Positions 11,588-25,484 of a DNA stretch of 64,000 nucleotides are shown piece by piece. Both the position numbers and the translations under genes were made by a program. The first letter of the stretch is position 1. Each line of letters begins with the position of its first letter. The notes below the pieces were generated by a model. The model saw only the letters and a program-made list of their open reading frames with translations. It did not search any database and had not been told where the DNA came from. The stretch lies in the NCBI GenBank assembly GCA_032718475.1, contig JAUCBJ010009002.1, positions 1 to 64,000 on the forward strand, given 5' to 3'. The stretch is from Nemertoderma westbladi. Lineage: Eukaryota > Animalia > Xenacoelomorpha.

Positions 11588-12830
11588 ACAATAAACGGGA
11601 TTGCGCTAGTGTACCTGTCAACAAGGACCGCTCACAGTATCGATTAATTCCCCTTCCGGAGCCTTTAAAGATTGATGGTAGCAAGCCGGAAGAATATCTA
11701 CAGTTCCGGAGGATGTACAGCAACGAGATTTTGATGAAGAATCTCACACAGGCGGAGTGCCTTAAATACCTACAAGTCTATACAGGGGGGCCAGCTTACG
11801 ACATCGTGAGGCAATACCAAGGTATTGAAGGAGGATTCACAACCGCATGGAGGGCCCTGGACAGGGAATTTGGCCATCCTGTGAAGATTATCCGACAAAC
11901 CTTAAGGGGAATAACATCAGGCGGACTCGCAGATAACCCCGTTAGCATCAAGACTTTCGCTAACAAAGTAGAGAAAGCGCTAATAGTGTTAAAGACTCTA
12001 CATGCATCATACGAACTCAATGCATCGAACAACATCACCACAATAGCGCAGGCACTACCGATTTGGCTAAGAAACAAATGGAGAAAGATCGCTTTCTCCA
12101 CTCGAGAAAGGAAAGGTGCGGAGCCAGGGTTGGAGGAGATGTCAAACTTCCTGAACTACGAGGCGGAGCTAATAATGGATCCAGTCTATAGTGAGGATAG
12201 TCTAGGCAAGGCACCGAAAACGGAATACAGCCGACCTAAACCCAAACATAGTGCGGCGAATGCACTTCCGAAGGTGAGGCAGTCGCTAGCGTATGCGGGC
12301 ACACAGGGGACTTCAAGTCCACAGAGAGCTGGGAGTAGAGCCACAACCGTGGCAGGGACAGAAACAAAGTAACAACACAAACAAATACAAACCCAATACC
12401 CAAAGTAGGCCAAGTCCAAGTAACCAAAACACTAAACCGCCAGATATGAATCTAAGCGCAATACGTGAAGCGCTATAACCCCGAATACAAATGCCAACTA
12501 CATAGGTTCGGTACACATAAGACCATGAACTGTAAACATTGGCAGGCGTTGCTTAAACAAGACCGGATAGCCTACACGGGTAAGAATGGACTATGTCATC
12601 AATGCGCGGTAGGAGGACACAGGAAGGATGAGTGCAAGGAACCGCCGATAAAATATAACGAGACTGATGGGACTGGAGGCTAGACGATGGCGACAAGCAC
12701 CATGGGAGCAAGAAGGAAGAGAACAGTACTACTCGGAGTAGTACCAGTGAGGATAATAGGAGAGAACGGGCTATCGGTTACGACACTAATGTTGGTCGAT
12801 AGTGGAGCAGCATTAACAGCTAACGGAAAG
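11588..12830 (+). pseudogene. BEL/Pao LTR retrotransposon Gag (DUF1759-like), zinc knuckles and aspartic protease, decayed
   Basis: LPEPLKIDG..EYLQF, LKYLQVYTGGPA, AWRALDREFGHP, LPIWLRNKW. Knuckles CQLH...H...C and CHQC...GH...C. Protease VLLGVVPVRI...LVDSGA. Contains stops and frameshifts. Confidence 0.85.
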
Positions 12831-13305
12831 TTGGGTGGGCGAGAAAATGGGGTTACAAACAAGGCCAAGTAAAATGGCGGTAACCACAATCTCCAGCAAA
12901 AACGCGGTCATGAAAATGAGGACAGGACGGTGTAGAATCGAAGCAATGACACCATAGTGAGGATTAGGAGGGGTATACATTACGTATGTCTGAAGGGTAC
13001 AATGTGCCAACGTATGTAATAAATACCAGCACAAGCCGGGTCAATGGGACTAATAATTATACGTAATGCATACAATAGTGGGCATTGAGGGCGCCACGTG
13101 AGGAGTTGAGGGGGATTTGCAGGCGTGGTAGGATAGACTGTGTAGGCCGCACGAACTAGACTACTGTAGCGCACAGCCCATAGTGCAGAGTTAGAACATT
13201 GCTACAGAGCCAGAAGGTTGTCTGGTAGAAAGCTAGTACAAGAAAAAAAAATTGTAGCAGTCTTCTCTGTAGACAAGTAGTGATGAATTACTTACGTAGT
13301 AATTG

Positions 13306-14562
13306 GATTCAAAGCTAAATTGGGAACTGAAACGTGCATATATGCCTTGAAAGAGGTAATTAATTATTATCTGACTAAGAATAGTCCAGTATTTGTATGC
13401 ATGTTAGATGCGAGCAAAGCATTTGACAGAATTAATCACTTTGGTCTCTTTCGTAAACTTTTAGATAGGGGGATTCCTGTGTACATAGTTAGGCTTCTTA
13501 TTTTCTGGTATAGAGAGCATTACATGTACGTTAGGTGGGCGGGGCATAAATCTGGTAAATTTTTGGTTACAAATGGTACGAAACAGGGTGGGGTCCTTTC
13601 CCCGATTCTATTCAATGTATATATGGACGGTTTAAGTAGGGCACTTAATGAGACTGGGGTAGGGTGTCTAATAGGGGGTACAAGGGTGAATCATTTAGGA
13701 TATGCCGACGACTTGTGTCTTGTATCGAATAGTTTATTTGGGTTACAACGATTAATTAACGTAGCTGAACGATTTGCATTTTTTAATTCTATATTATTTA
13801 ATATGAAGAAAACAAAATGTTTATATTTCGTTCCCAGGAGCTCAGGTCATTGTATTTTTGGTGATGTATATCTATATGGTATTAAAATTGATGTAGTTGA
13901 AAAATTCAATTATTTAGGGCATATAATTCATAGCAGTGCAGATGATGATTTTGACATAAAGAGGCAAACACAGTGCCTGTACGCCAGAGGTAATCTATTA
14001 GCTAGGAAATTTGGTGCTTGTAGTAATAAAGTAAAGCTAACACTGTTTAGAGCATTCTGTTCAACAGTTTATTGTAATGCTTTATTGGCTAAACGAAATT
14101 ATTCAGGAATTGTGCATAATAAACTCAGAATAGCGTATAACAATTGTTTTAGGTTACTTTTTCATATTCCGAGAGTAACAAACGGTGAACCAACTAGTAT
14201 TAGCAGCGCATTCGGGCAATTTAATGTTAAAATGATGGTTCATATTAGATACATGTTGATAAGACTGATAACAAAATATTGAGTACAATTACTAATGTAT
14301 GCCGTCTGCACAGTACATCCAGAATAAGGGAAATGTGTGACCCTATGACTTGGGTTTAAGTTGTAATTTTTTATCATTTTTGGTCATATTTTTCGGTTAT
14401 CTGTTTTGTTTCGTGTATTTTTACTATATTGTTTTATAACCAACCTTATTGTGCTTTACGTTGTTAGCCTGACTGTGTATATTCTGTTTGTTTGTATATG
14501 TATTAGTACAGTATTTTTGTGGGCCAACTGGGCCTGAAATAAAGCCAATAATAATAATAATA
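13306..14562 (+). mobile_element. 5'-truncated LINE (clade uncertain: L2/CR1-group or RTE-X-like) inserted in the BEL element
   Basis: RT ORF 13320..14282 with LDASKAFD, QGGVLSPILFNVYMD, YADD and YLG. AATAAA then (AAT)n tail at 14538-14563. Possible TSD AATTG (13301-13305 / 14563-14567). Confidence 0.85.
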
Positions 14563-15953
14563 AATTGAGTAGTAGATAGAGTAATAGCACGTCAGTTGAG
14601 GTTGGGGAGTGAACATAGCACTGAAGAATCAGGGGTAAATTGGCACATAGAGGGGAATAGTCGTACGAAACACTGGCAGAACGCAGATAGGAGGTAGGCC
14701 ATCACTGATTTAAACTAATTAAGACCATACTTAGTTATCTCTTGCCCTACTGAGCCTTTTTAAGGCACCACCAGTCTGGTGAGAGAGGAGAATCATGATG
14801 GCGGAGAAACTATGAAGGAGTTTATCATATTCCGTGGAGAGGGGCGGATATATGGTCCCGGATGACATGGAGACAGTAAAGGATGATGGTGGGACAAGAA
14901 AGGGGTCAGGAGGGTCGAGTAGAACTATATTGCTGCATTTAGTGGTGTTGAACGGAGATATTTTTCTGTTTGACCTAGCGACCTATGGTAAGAAGACCCG
15001 GCCAAACCTGAACCGCCTACTGGATGCGATGCAGAATCTGGTAAGGTCAAAGACTATGATCGAGATTGGATCGGCGATATGAGGCAACGCGGAGAGAATA
15101 ATTGGACCAGGCACCCCGAATCTTCTGGACATACAGGTAGTCTACATGGCTATGACGAAACCTGATGGATTAGGATTGGTGGATAACACGGGACAATACG
15201 GAGCCGTGGCGATGGGTCAGTTGATGGGACTCACGTGCCACAAGCCGATGGAGTGGAACAAGTTCCGAGAGGAATACGGTGCGGGACTTGCGGATTCACT
15301 CAAGTTGGGGCGAGACGGGGAGAGACGAGTCATATCACTTCCGAAAGGGGGTTTAAGACACGTCGTCTAGACGAATATATAATATATAATATACGCACTA
15401 TATAGTCAATTACAACCTTTTTTTTCCAATTAGCTACTGGGACTGGGGACTAATTGACTAGAACAGGAGGACGAGACACTAGACAGATCCCATTTCTCAA
15501 ATGCGGCCACACTAATGAGAATGTGGGAGCCCGACACGAGCGTAAGGAGAGTGAGAGCAAAGGGGGTTGACTATTGGGGAAGTATGGAAGGGGAGGTACG
15601 AGAGTTAAGGGGGAAACTAAAGAGTGCGAGGCTTGAGTGTGGGTAGCGAGTGGAGAGGAGGATGAGTCCTAAGGGACTAGTGAGAGAGGAAGGGACAACA
15701 AAGTCCAGGTGTGAAAATTGTGTGAGGAGCAAGGGCGATCGTCTAAAACAGAGACGCCAGATGCCTTGGTACAGTCTAGATCGCAGATGTACCAAGGATG
15801 GGTAGTGATAACAGACCCATGGGGGCCGGCCTGGAAAGCCGACCCCGAGAAGACAATTCCACCCCACATCCAATATTAGATTGGATTCCAGTGGAATTGA
15901 AGCGCACTTAAGGTTGATGTTATCTTCTCACCGGGAAGATAGCATGGGGGGAG

Positions 15954-16615
15954 TGTAAGCGGATTCAATTCTATGCACTACCCAGCGGAAAATGGGCAAA
16001 GTGGCATTTTTCCAATTATAGTTGGGAAGGTGACATGACCAATAATAATGTCACCTAATAACCAATTTAGGCGATACACATCGCCAGCCACAAAGAAAGT
16101 TGAGAGGTCATACACGATCTCAAAGGGACAAAGAGGCTAGCAGGGCTAGCACGTGGGGATAGTGGCAGCAGGGAGTGGCAAGATGGAGATTAATCGGGTT
16201 AGCCAATGATGGGAAGGGAAAACAGGTGATTGGAATGCATCTATTGGCCAGGCCACTCAATACAGTAGCAGTGATTAATATGTGTTAATAATATATAACC
16301 GTTGTACTTGTGCATTATGATTCAGTTGGTATCTGTAGAGTTGTGAGACCGGAACGGTTTTAAACCGTCGTCATTACCGTGCTATTATATTCTGACTGTG
16401 CTATTATTATGTTCTGTGATTATTACAACTGACACTAAACGGATTCCCACGGCCTTCGGCCTCAGTATCCAGACCACAACCTCTCAGCAGCCTCACAACC
16501 TCTCACCTGCAACCGCATCACAACCTCTCACAACCTCTCAGGACGCGGCGACGTGTATAATACCAAGACAACACACCGGTCGGGGTTTAGCAACCAACTC
16601 CTAAATCCCATCACA
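15954..16615 (+). repeat. 3' LTR of the BEL element (TG...CA)
   Basis: TGTAAGCGGATTCAATTC...ATCCCATCACA, preceded by a PPT. Both ends resemble the solo LTR at 54390-55889 on the minus strand. Confidence 0.8.
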
Positions 16616-16619
16616 GTCT

Positions 16620-16755
16620 TGGCTAGGATTCTTCCCCCGGGCTCCTTCCAGCCAGCTTCCTGTTGGCTAGGATTCTTCTCCCGGGCTCCTTCCAGCCAGC
16701 TTCCGGGCTCCTTCCAGCCAGCTTCCGGGCTCCTTCCTGCCAGATTCCTGGCTTT
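16620..16755. repeat. Short imperfect tandem repeat (CCGGGCTCCTTCCAGCCAGCTT)
   Basis: About 4 visible copies. Confidence 0.75.
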
Positions 16756-16857
16756 CTAGTATGTAATTCAGCCTCCTTAGAAGACCTTTCGCCTTTGTTC
16801 AGTAAAAATTGTGCCGATATCATATTGAATATTAACTGCATATATTTAGAAGTTGTT

Positions 16858-17175
16858 CTCAAAGGATGGATGCTAGAGCATCTGGATAACTTCTGTTACA
16901 TGGGATCATGTATCCGGAAGTCCGGTGAAGACCTTCGAATACTTAAGGGAAAGGCATGGGTAGTCTTGAATAGGCTTTCCAGGATATGAAAGTCACATAG
17001 AATTCATCGGAAACCTAAGTTCCGATTATTCAGAGCAGGAGTAGTTCCAGTACTCCTCTATGGGAGTCCATGCTGGGCTCTACAGCGGTGTCACCAAATC
17101 TCCGGATGGCACATTCACAAGAATGCTACGTCGGGTTCATTGTGTCAAGTACAATGCATTTGTCGATAAGCCGTA
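16858..17175 (+). mobile_element. Diverged, internally deleted RTE fragment
   Basis: Matches the RTE copies: MLEHLDNFCYMGSCIRKSGEDLRILKGKAW...GTFTRMLRRVHCVKYNA. Confidence 0.85.
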
Positions 17176-18014
17176 GAATATTAAAGAAAGCGCGGATCAT
17201 ACTTTAACAAACGTAAGGGAGACAGACAGAGAGCTATACTGTAAAAAGTAATGGTAAGACAACGCAACTAACCTTCGCCTGTCAAAATATCAATAAACAT
17301 CCCCTTTCCTGTTATTATTATTATTATTATAAATATCACATGACATACTGATATAACAAACTTTTCACACACTGGATTTTTATTCAAAAAATAAACTACT
17401 ACTGTTCTGTATAGTTATGGATCGGTATCGAGAACTATTGTTGTTGTAGCTAATACACAAGCAGCATACAATACTGATGTAAACAAAACACTGTGGTGTG
17501 CAGTCAATCACAATATTTACACTGATATTAAAGCCATTATTTAGTCTACCACACTACCCCTACGTGAGATAAATTTACGTTAAGTATCAACACAAAATGA
17601 TTATAAACAACTAATTTCCCGTGAACAAGTTTAACCTCCAGCGGCAGACTGGGCTAAGCCCCCACAATAGTTACAATGATCTCGTGGTCTTTTGTTCGAC
17701 TGAAACCAGAGCCAATAGGAAAACATACCGCAGCTGCCTCTTTAATCAACCGTAATCTCAATATTGAATCCTAAATCTTCCATGGATTTAACTTTCGTTG
17801 GTCACAGCTTTGGAAAGTCAGCAATGACGTCCAGGTGGGATCGAACTGGTGATGGATATTTAGGCCTACAGTACATAGGCCTTCAGTAGGTAAATACAGT
17901 TAGGGTAACATGAACGCATACGCGCATCTGAAGAAAAGGTTTTTCAGCGATTTCTGAACAATGTTTGTAATATATTTCTTGATCACTTCCCAAATGATAA
18001 AATTGATTGGTTTG

Positions 18015-18560
18015 ATATGATAGGTAAGGTTTATATAAAATATATTAAAATGTGTTTCTATAATTATTATATTGTGGTTGCTAAGGGTAGGTAATCGGGT
18101 GCGAACCTCAAACTTTAATGGCCCGTAATTGTTGGTACTTCACTCATTGGTAGGTGAGTGAAGGGGTCTATCACAATATTTATTCAAGTAATTTCGTGCC
18201 AGTATTATCAAAACTGTCAATCATTGAGCACGAATTAATTTACCATGTTTGGCACATTCCAGAATATTTTATTGCAGTTAACAGATATTACAAAATAATG
18301 ATGACCAGACCACACATGACCGAAAATTTGAGTTATGAATGATTACCAGTCGATAAATTGTTTGTGAACAAAATCATTTCAGATATTTTAATAGACCTTT
18401 ATGGCCTATATTTACCTACAAAATCTTAAGATCAGAGACATTCGTGGTCTATAATTTTAACCGTAGTTTGAACCCGGTTTCCTAGGCAACAACAACAATA
18501 AAATTTTAGAAACACATTTCAGTATATTTATACGAATTTTTACCTCAGTTTTACCTATCT
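18015..18560. mobile_element. Degenerate inverted-repeat element (MITE-like)
   Basis: 18020-18110 (AAATGTGTTTCTA...GTTGCTAAGG) is an imperfect reverse complement of 18465-18550. Confidence 0.5.
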
Positions 18561-19047
18561 TACCAAGAATATATCAAATTAGCATTTATAAGTACATAGT
18601 ACAGAAAAAGTCTAGAATAACGTGCTACTGTCTGACTGTATCCTGCTCCTTTTCCTAAATTGATATTTAACATTTCGAGAAGGTATAATTCGGCGAAATG
18701 ATATTTGCATCTAAAAGTTATGGCGTGGGACGATCTAGTTGACCTCAATTTAACCAATCGCTAAGAAACCTACCGATCTCGTTAGGAGACCAGTAGCCTA
18801 CAGTATGTTGAATAATGTAATGAATACTAGACCTACTGTAAACTGAACTACAGTACATGACTACCGTACCGGTACTGATTTGGTGACTACTATAATATTA
18901 CCCCATTTTGTGCAGTAACCGTAATATATAGAAGTTCTGCTGTTTTGTGACTTCCAGACACAGAGGACTACTGGTATGGCTTATTTAAACTACAGTATGT
19001 AACTGAATCCATCATCTGTAACATTATAACACCTCTAATACCCACAG

Positions 19048-19136
19048 AAATAAACGAAAAGCTAGCTGAACGATTATCAAGATAGCTGCTTTATTATGGT
19101 GAGACACTGCACTCATCAGCTACTGGACTGTGAAAG
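19048..19136 (+). other. Candidate non-coding 5' UTR exon of the secreted-protein gene
   Basis: CTAAT...CCCACAG acceptor and AAG|GTAAGA donor, on the same strand 5 kb upstream of the signal-peptide exon. Confidence 0.4.
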
Positions 19137-20259
19137 GTAAGAATATCGAACCAACCACCATTGACTGGTTATTATTCGATAGTAATTTTCAGGACGTGCA
19201 GGACGTTTATCGCCCAGTTTAAAATGTTGTTGTAAATTAACGGTCAATATATTTCTCCCCGATGGCGTATCGTCAGGACCAAAATTGAATTCAACTACAT
19301 AAGACAGTAAGAGCAGTAAAGTATAGTTAAAACCGATGTAATGTGACCGGTACTGCAGTAAGGTATGGAAACTGCAGAATTTATAATTGTCCTCACCAAC
19401 TTTCTCGAGTCACACTCCCTCCTCAAATAACACCCCCATTACTAACACCTTATCTCCAACCTTAACTGTCTCCACCAACACCCCCCCCCCCCCCCCCCAC
19501 CCTCTCAATTAGCTCTCCCTTCTCAACCGACACACACTTACCAACTAACACCCCCCTTAAAAACACAAACAAACACTTATGTCTCAATCTACACCTTCTA
19601 AATAAACACCCCCTTCGCAACAAACACCTCCTCAAAACAAAATTCCCTCTTCACAAAAAATACAACAATCTTAAACAAGATTATCTTCGCAACCAATAAC
19701 ATAACCTCACATCAACAAACACCCCATCTTCAACCAACACCCCATCCTCAGCCAAAACAAACTTATCAACCTAGAACACTGTCAGAACCAACACCCCCTT
19801 CTCATCCCGCACCTGTACTGGACTTTACTGTCACTGTAAGGGGTCTATCGTCATTTCGTCACCAGTCGTCTTTCAACATTGGAGCTTCCATCGCCTCTGA
19901 GGTGGATTAGTTAGACTGCCACTATAGGAAAGTAGTGAGGAGTCTCCTGCATCTTCCTTGGTTCTTATATTGGTAATGCAACACCATACCAAAGTGTCTC
20001 ACTGTAGACCTCTATCCATTGAAGTGTATCGCAGTTCCGTTAGCACTTACAGTATCTTCCGTTCTTTGTCCTGTCCTAACACACCTCTCCAACTGGGTTT
20101 CAGACTCTGTATGATAAAGAACCGCAGTAATCCAATGGACTACAGAGTTCTTACCAGTAGTTATGTCGGCGCTCATAGCTCATATCGGCGCACATAGCAG
20201 CACAATACTAACATGCTATTTTATGTATTTTTGTGCTTTTGCCTATTAATTTTGCAGTT

Positions 20260-20630
20260 AAACATAACATAAAGGATAACCCCTAAAGCTTTGCAGCGTA
20301 TTTCCAAGTGGGTCCATCAAGTTAATTGGTTACCAATACAAACTAAATTAACTACTGTGTATAGAATAATTATATATAATTTAAACTAAATAAGATACAA
20401 TAAATACAAAATTGATCATTTCATTATTACTAATTATTGCACGTCATGCACCTATTTAATATTGAACTAAATTAAATAATTCTAAATACTTCTAAATTTT
20501 CTGAACTGAAGACTGAGTTTGTTTATATCTACAACTTGACCCCTATCTGATAAGTATGACCTGAACCAATTAATTGATACACATATAGATCTATATAAGC
20601 CACACCCATAAGATCTAATTTTCCTAGTAA
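20260..20630 (-). mobile_element. CR1-type LINE relic
   Basis: KIRSYG...INWFRSYLSDRGQVVDIN RT fragment, plus a 3'-end motif shared with 25485-25640. Confidence 0.55.
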
Positions 20631-21385
20631 TATTTCGTGAAAGAAACGAAATGTGTATTAAATGAAACGAATGAATGAATGCATTTTCTGTTAAACTACG
20701 GGTACATAACATAGTCTGCTGTTGGAGTAACGAAATAGATGGAAGACTACCTGTATTACCTACAGGTAACAGCCAAGTGAGAGAAGCCTCCGGGTTGTCT
20801 CACTTGTTACGCATTTCATATTGCTGCCACATTCATTCACATTCGCTTTACTTTGCTTTAGCGACCGCAATAATTACAAACATATCTGCTAATCCTGTTT
20901 GCAGTTCAACCTTTCATCAAATAGAATTACAAATAGACCGTTAAATTTGCTACTTTTTATAATAAAACGACAATTCTGTTCCTTCATTGTTAAATTAAAT
21001 ATTATTGACACCGAGGTTCAAAGATGAGACTGTTGGAAATATGTAAATATATAGGGCTACCGTATAAGTAAAGGCCTGAGTACTGGCGACACAGGTAGCA
21101 CGAGTCGCGAAATGTATCATTGTAATTCATACAATAATATTATGTAAAGAGGTAAAAAAGTTACTTTTATTTATAACTTAAAATACTTATTTACTCGCTG
21201 TATTTAATGTGGGCAAATATCACTTCATATATAATTTGGTGATGATATTTACAATTTACATACAATCATTATTATTAGTGTTGGATATCATATTTTAAGC
21301 AATTCTGTGTAATGTCGGATAATTTTGCCATTGACACCTAGTGTATGCCAGTACTGTATGCGTGTCTAGATGCTAGACCTACAAC

Positions 21386-23043
21386 ATACCCGCTGCGGTA
21401 GGCCTACCATATACCCGCTGCGGTAGGCCTACCATATACCCGCTGCGGTAGGCCTACCATATATCCGCTGCGGTAGGCCTACCATATACCAGCTGCGGTA
21501 GGCCTACCATATACCAGCTGCGGTAGGCCTACCATACACCCGCTGCGGTAGGCCTACCATACAGTATACCCGCTGCGGGATCTAGGACACTCCCCCCCCC
21601 CCCCCCCCCCCCCGGAAAGTTCCCCCCGGACACTTCCCCCCCGGACACTTCCCCCCGGACACTTCCCCCCCGGACACTTGCCCCCCGGACACTTCCCCCC
21701 CAGTTAAAGTGTTAAAATTAATCTGTGTGCATCAAAGCAATAAACAAAAGTTAAAGATGGTTACAGGATAAGTTGTATCTAGTTTGGAGACTGGAGTTTT
21801 TTCAAAATTATAAAAGAAACATTTTTAAAGTCAAATTTTGTTTGTTTTTCTTTTAATTGGGGGCTGCCGCCCCCAAACCCCCGCTTCTTTTCATGGGGGC
21901 TGCCGCCCCCAAACCCCCGCTTCTTTTCTTGGGGGCTGCCGCCCCCAAACCCCTGCTTATTTTCTTCGGGGCTGCCGCCCCCAAACCCCCGCTTCTTTTG
22001 ATGGGGGCTGCCGCCCCCAAACCCCCGTTTCTTTTCTTTGGGGTTATCGCCCCCAGACACCCCGGCATTTCCCTGAGTGCCCGTGGTGAAAGACTGAAGA
22101 CCATTTTGAAATAATTAATTCATGTTTGTATCATCAGATAATAAATTGACTAAGCCTAAAGTAGGAGCTGTATTGAATGTTAACCAAATTAATATATAAA
22201 TTACTACAATATTATATAATTCAACAAAATCCTATTAAAAATATTGCAAGTAACCAGGAAATTTAATATGTAGTGTGTATAATATCTATATAGTATGTAT
22301 AGTAATATGTATATCAATATGTAATGCTGAACACAGAATACAGGTCGACGCATGTCGATTTTACCCTGGAGAGGTATAATTTTGATTGCAACAATAATAT
22401 TCATCCCTAAAATTCATCATTAATAAAAACAGTATATCATTCGGGGGATGGAATTTATTGGTCATCTAATTAATTATTAAAGATTAGCAAACAATACAAT
22501 GTAATTGCATTGATAAAACCCATAAATAAAACTTGGATATAAAATGTAAAATCGGGATGCAAAAGATCACTTTCTGAGCTACGAAAAGAAAATTGAATAC
22601 AACTTATCTGGATACAAGCGGTCCGTTTACCTTACAAAATGAAAAATACGAATGTGCGAAGTTAAGAACAGTCGGGGGGGAAGTGTCCGGGGGGGAAGTG
22701 TCTGGGGGGAAGTGTCCTACTTGAGCGGTGGGGCACTGTCCGGGGGGGAAGTGTCCTAACACCCCGCTGCGGTAGGCCTACCGCTACCATATATCCGCTG
22801 CGGTAGGCCTACCATATACCCGCTGCGGTAGGCCTACCATATACCCGCTGCGGTAGGCCTACCATATACCCGCTGCGGTAGGCCTACCATATACCCGCTG
22901 CGGTAGGCCTACCATATACCCGCTGCGGTAGGCCTACCGCTACCATATACCCGCTGCGGTAGGCCTACCATATACCCGCTGCGGCAGGCCTACCATATAT
23001 ACGCTGCGGTAGGCCTACCATATACCCGCTGCGGTAGGCCTAC
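21386..23043. repeat. 25-bp minisatellite (ATACCCGCTGCGGTAGGCCTACCAT)n interrupted by a transposon
   Basis: About 8 units at 21386-21577 and about 11 units at 22764-23043. Confidence 0.9.
21578..22763. mobile_element. Non-autonomous TIR element (MuDR/hAT-size TSD) with subterminal CCCCGGACACTT repeats and an internal ~36-bp GGGGCTGCCGCCCCCAAACCCC array
   Basis: Inverted ends TAGGACACT...AGTGTCCTA; 8-9-bp duplication CCGCTGCG(G); internal array at 21857-22060. Confidence 0.75.
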
Positions 23044-24169
23044 ATGTCATTTATGTGTAAGTAGTTGAACTTCCTATCTGCTTCTCTCTGACAGTTTTCT
23101 AATGCTCTGACTTTTTTCTAATGCAAATTTATCGAATTTGTCGCCAGTCAAAGTAATAATACTGAATAGAGTGAACCAGTTCAACATTATACTGTATATT
23201 AGTTTCAACAACCCGCTGAAGTCTAATACTATAGACCTACCGTTGGGATGGACTTTATATGCGCAGCATGCCTGTGTTTTTTATTCATATTTTTGTACTT
23301 TATCAGTGTCTAATAGTATACACTATAGAAAATAGGTAACTAGACGATTAAAAGCGAAAACAACAATTTACGTAATAATAAATTGATTTCCTCTAATAGG
23401 TTGGGAGCCCAAACTATATCTTTCAAATGTCATACAATTTAATTTAATTAATAAATATAAATGTAAACTATAACTACAGTAAAATATGAGTGGAGTGATT
23501 AGAGGAAGTATAAGAAAGTTGGGGGACAGTATCCCGAATATAATGACAGGAGCGATAAAGGACCAGGGGCGATAAAGACTCGGGGGCAATAAGTTCCTAA
23601 AAACTCATAACTGGGGGGGCGATAAGTTCCCAACAAAAATTCAATTTAGAAGGGCGATAATGTTCCAGGGGCGATAAGGTCCTGCTTCGTGTACATTGAG
23701 GAAGATGGTGTACAGTACCTCCTACTGTACACATGCAGCACATCATACATACAGTACTGTAGGTAGTAGCTACGGCAACTACATTACACCTACTACACTA
23801 ATACTCACCTGTTTGTGGAACTTTAGTAATAATACTGTACCGCAGTAGTATGAATAACTGTATCGTCTTGTTATTGGCTGAGCACATGTTACGATAACTG
23901 AGGAGAATGGTGTGATACGATTATGATTGGCTATTGGCATTTATAGTAAACGTAATCTTAAAAGCGATAAATAAATAAATAGTAGAGTAAATTCTTCGAA
24001 TGTTTAAACTGTATGATTGAAATATTGTAATTAAATCGGATTTATTAAATACTATTCAACATCATTAAACACTGACATTGTTTATAATAGGGAAAACTTT
24101 CGTTTGAATAATATTAAAATACGCATTGAAATTACAGTACAAAGTTTAAATCGACTCCTCAAATGACGA

Positions 24170-24251
24170 ATGATGATGCAGCTGAATAAATTTGTGATAA
24201 TAACTTTGACAGCAGTTATTTTGGTTTCCTCTGTTGCAATTATTGAAGCTG
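24170..24251 (+). CDS. Coding exon 1 (signal peptide) of a secreted anaphylatoxin-like protein
   Basis: MMMQLNKFVIITLTAVILVSSVAIIEA: basic n-region, hydrophobic core, I-E-A cleavage motif. Phase-1 donor G|GTGAGT; possible acceptor TTACAG at 24137. Confidence 0.8.
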
Positions 24252-24409
24252 GTGAGTGTAAAGATTTCGCAGCCAATAATTATTACCAGTCGTAGGAACA
24301 AAGTAGGCCTCAACAAAATTTATTACCAGTCGTAGGAACAAAGTAGGCCTCAACAAAAACAACCTCGATTGGGTGTTTTCGTATTGTTTTTTAGGCGATT
24401 ACTTATTTT

Positions 24410-24968
24410 GGCATGAGTGTGGCCTGGGTGCCCACTTTTCGACCAATTTTTTTTCTTGTGAAAATGACTATTATTGTGAAGTTTTTTGAAGTATTGACAT
24501 TACTTATTATTATATATATACATATATATATTGACTGAAATTAACATGTGAGTATTTTTTTTGTAAGGTAGCTAGTGTTTTTTATGGTAGCTAGGGTTTT
24601 TAGAAGTGTGTTTTTACATAGGATGATTTAATTGATACTAACTCACTTTCTTATTTTTATAATATTTATAAAAAAAAGTTGAAAAAAATAGCTAGTATAA
24701 AAAATAAAAAATGTGTTCTAGAACAAAGAAGTGTTCTAGAACAAACAAATTTTTCAAAATTGATAACTAACACGTGTTCTATTACATTTATAAAAAATGT
24801 TGAAAAAACTAGCTAGTATAAAAAATAAAACATATGTTCTAGAACAAAAAAAATGTGTTCTATATTTATCAAAATGGATAGCTAACACGTTTTCTATAAC
24901 ATTTATAAAACAATTAGCTAGTAAATGTTAATGCTACAAAAAGTAGGCACCCAGGCCACACTAATGCC
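24410..24968. mobile_element. MITE in intron 1
   Basis: TIRs GGCATGAGTGTGGCCTGGGTGCC / GGCACCCAGGCCACACTAATGCC; TSD CTTATTTT(G) at 24402 and 24969. Confidence 0.85.
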
Positions 24969-25284
24969 CTTATTTTGTATATAATTATATATTATTCCAG
25001 AATTAAACTATTAATTATGCTGCACGATTTGTTATATATTTTAAAGTAATATAGCTAACCTATGCCCACCATGTATTGTAGACCAATATAAAGGCCTTTG
25101 TGCTTAACTTTACATCAAACTAGTCAGTCTATTTGAATATATAAAATTATTAAGAATATTTAACTTTAGGTTCCCGAAGTATTAATAACATTCGTAAATT
25201 ATTTATGTTGAATAGGTAGGCCTACCTACTGCATTTAATTAGATTTCCTGTAGATTTCAAAAAGTCACATTTTCCTTCTAACAG

Positions 25285-25476
25285 ACCCAGTCAACACAGA
25301 CAGCGTTGCCACAGAGACGACCATTCAGAATGACGTTGAGACAAACGCTTTACCGGTAACCGATTCACCTAACTCCACTCCAGGTGGCGCTGCGTATTCC
25401 ACCAACGTTCCCGATGACTCACAACAGGACGAGCAAAACGAGTCGTGTTGCATCCGAGGAAAGCATGCGGCGCAAC
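25285..25476 (+). CDS. Coding exon 2: Thr/Asp-rich spacer and start of the Cys motif (CCIRG)
   Basis: Acceptor TTTTCCTTCTAACAG, donor C|GTGAGT, 192 nt, phase 1-1, open frame, GC-rich relative to its flanks. Confidence 0.85.
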
Positions 25477-25484
25477 GTGAGTTA

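Larger units (their letters stand above)
11588..16615 (+). mobile_element. Decayed BEL/Pao element (gag-pro, pol remnants, PPT, 3' LTR); 5' LTR not found in the window
   Basis: Gag/protease motifs. Weak RT N-terminal remnant at 14834-15080 (VERGGYMVP, LLHLVV..FLFDLA..PNLNRLL). PPT GGGGGGAG at 15946-15953 directly before TGT. Confidence 0.7.

Noticed and set aside
17640-17860. tRNA-like B box (GTTCGATCCC on the minus strand)
   Set aside because: No cloverleaf or A box; at most a SINE remnant.
19430-19810. C/A-rich CAACACCCC region
   Set aside because: Degenerate low-complexity sequence with no clear period or coding signal.
21779-22114. GFGGGSP and GAAAPK repeat ORFs
   Set aside because: Translations of a ~36-bp array inside a non-autonomous transposon.
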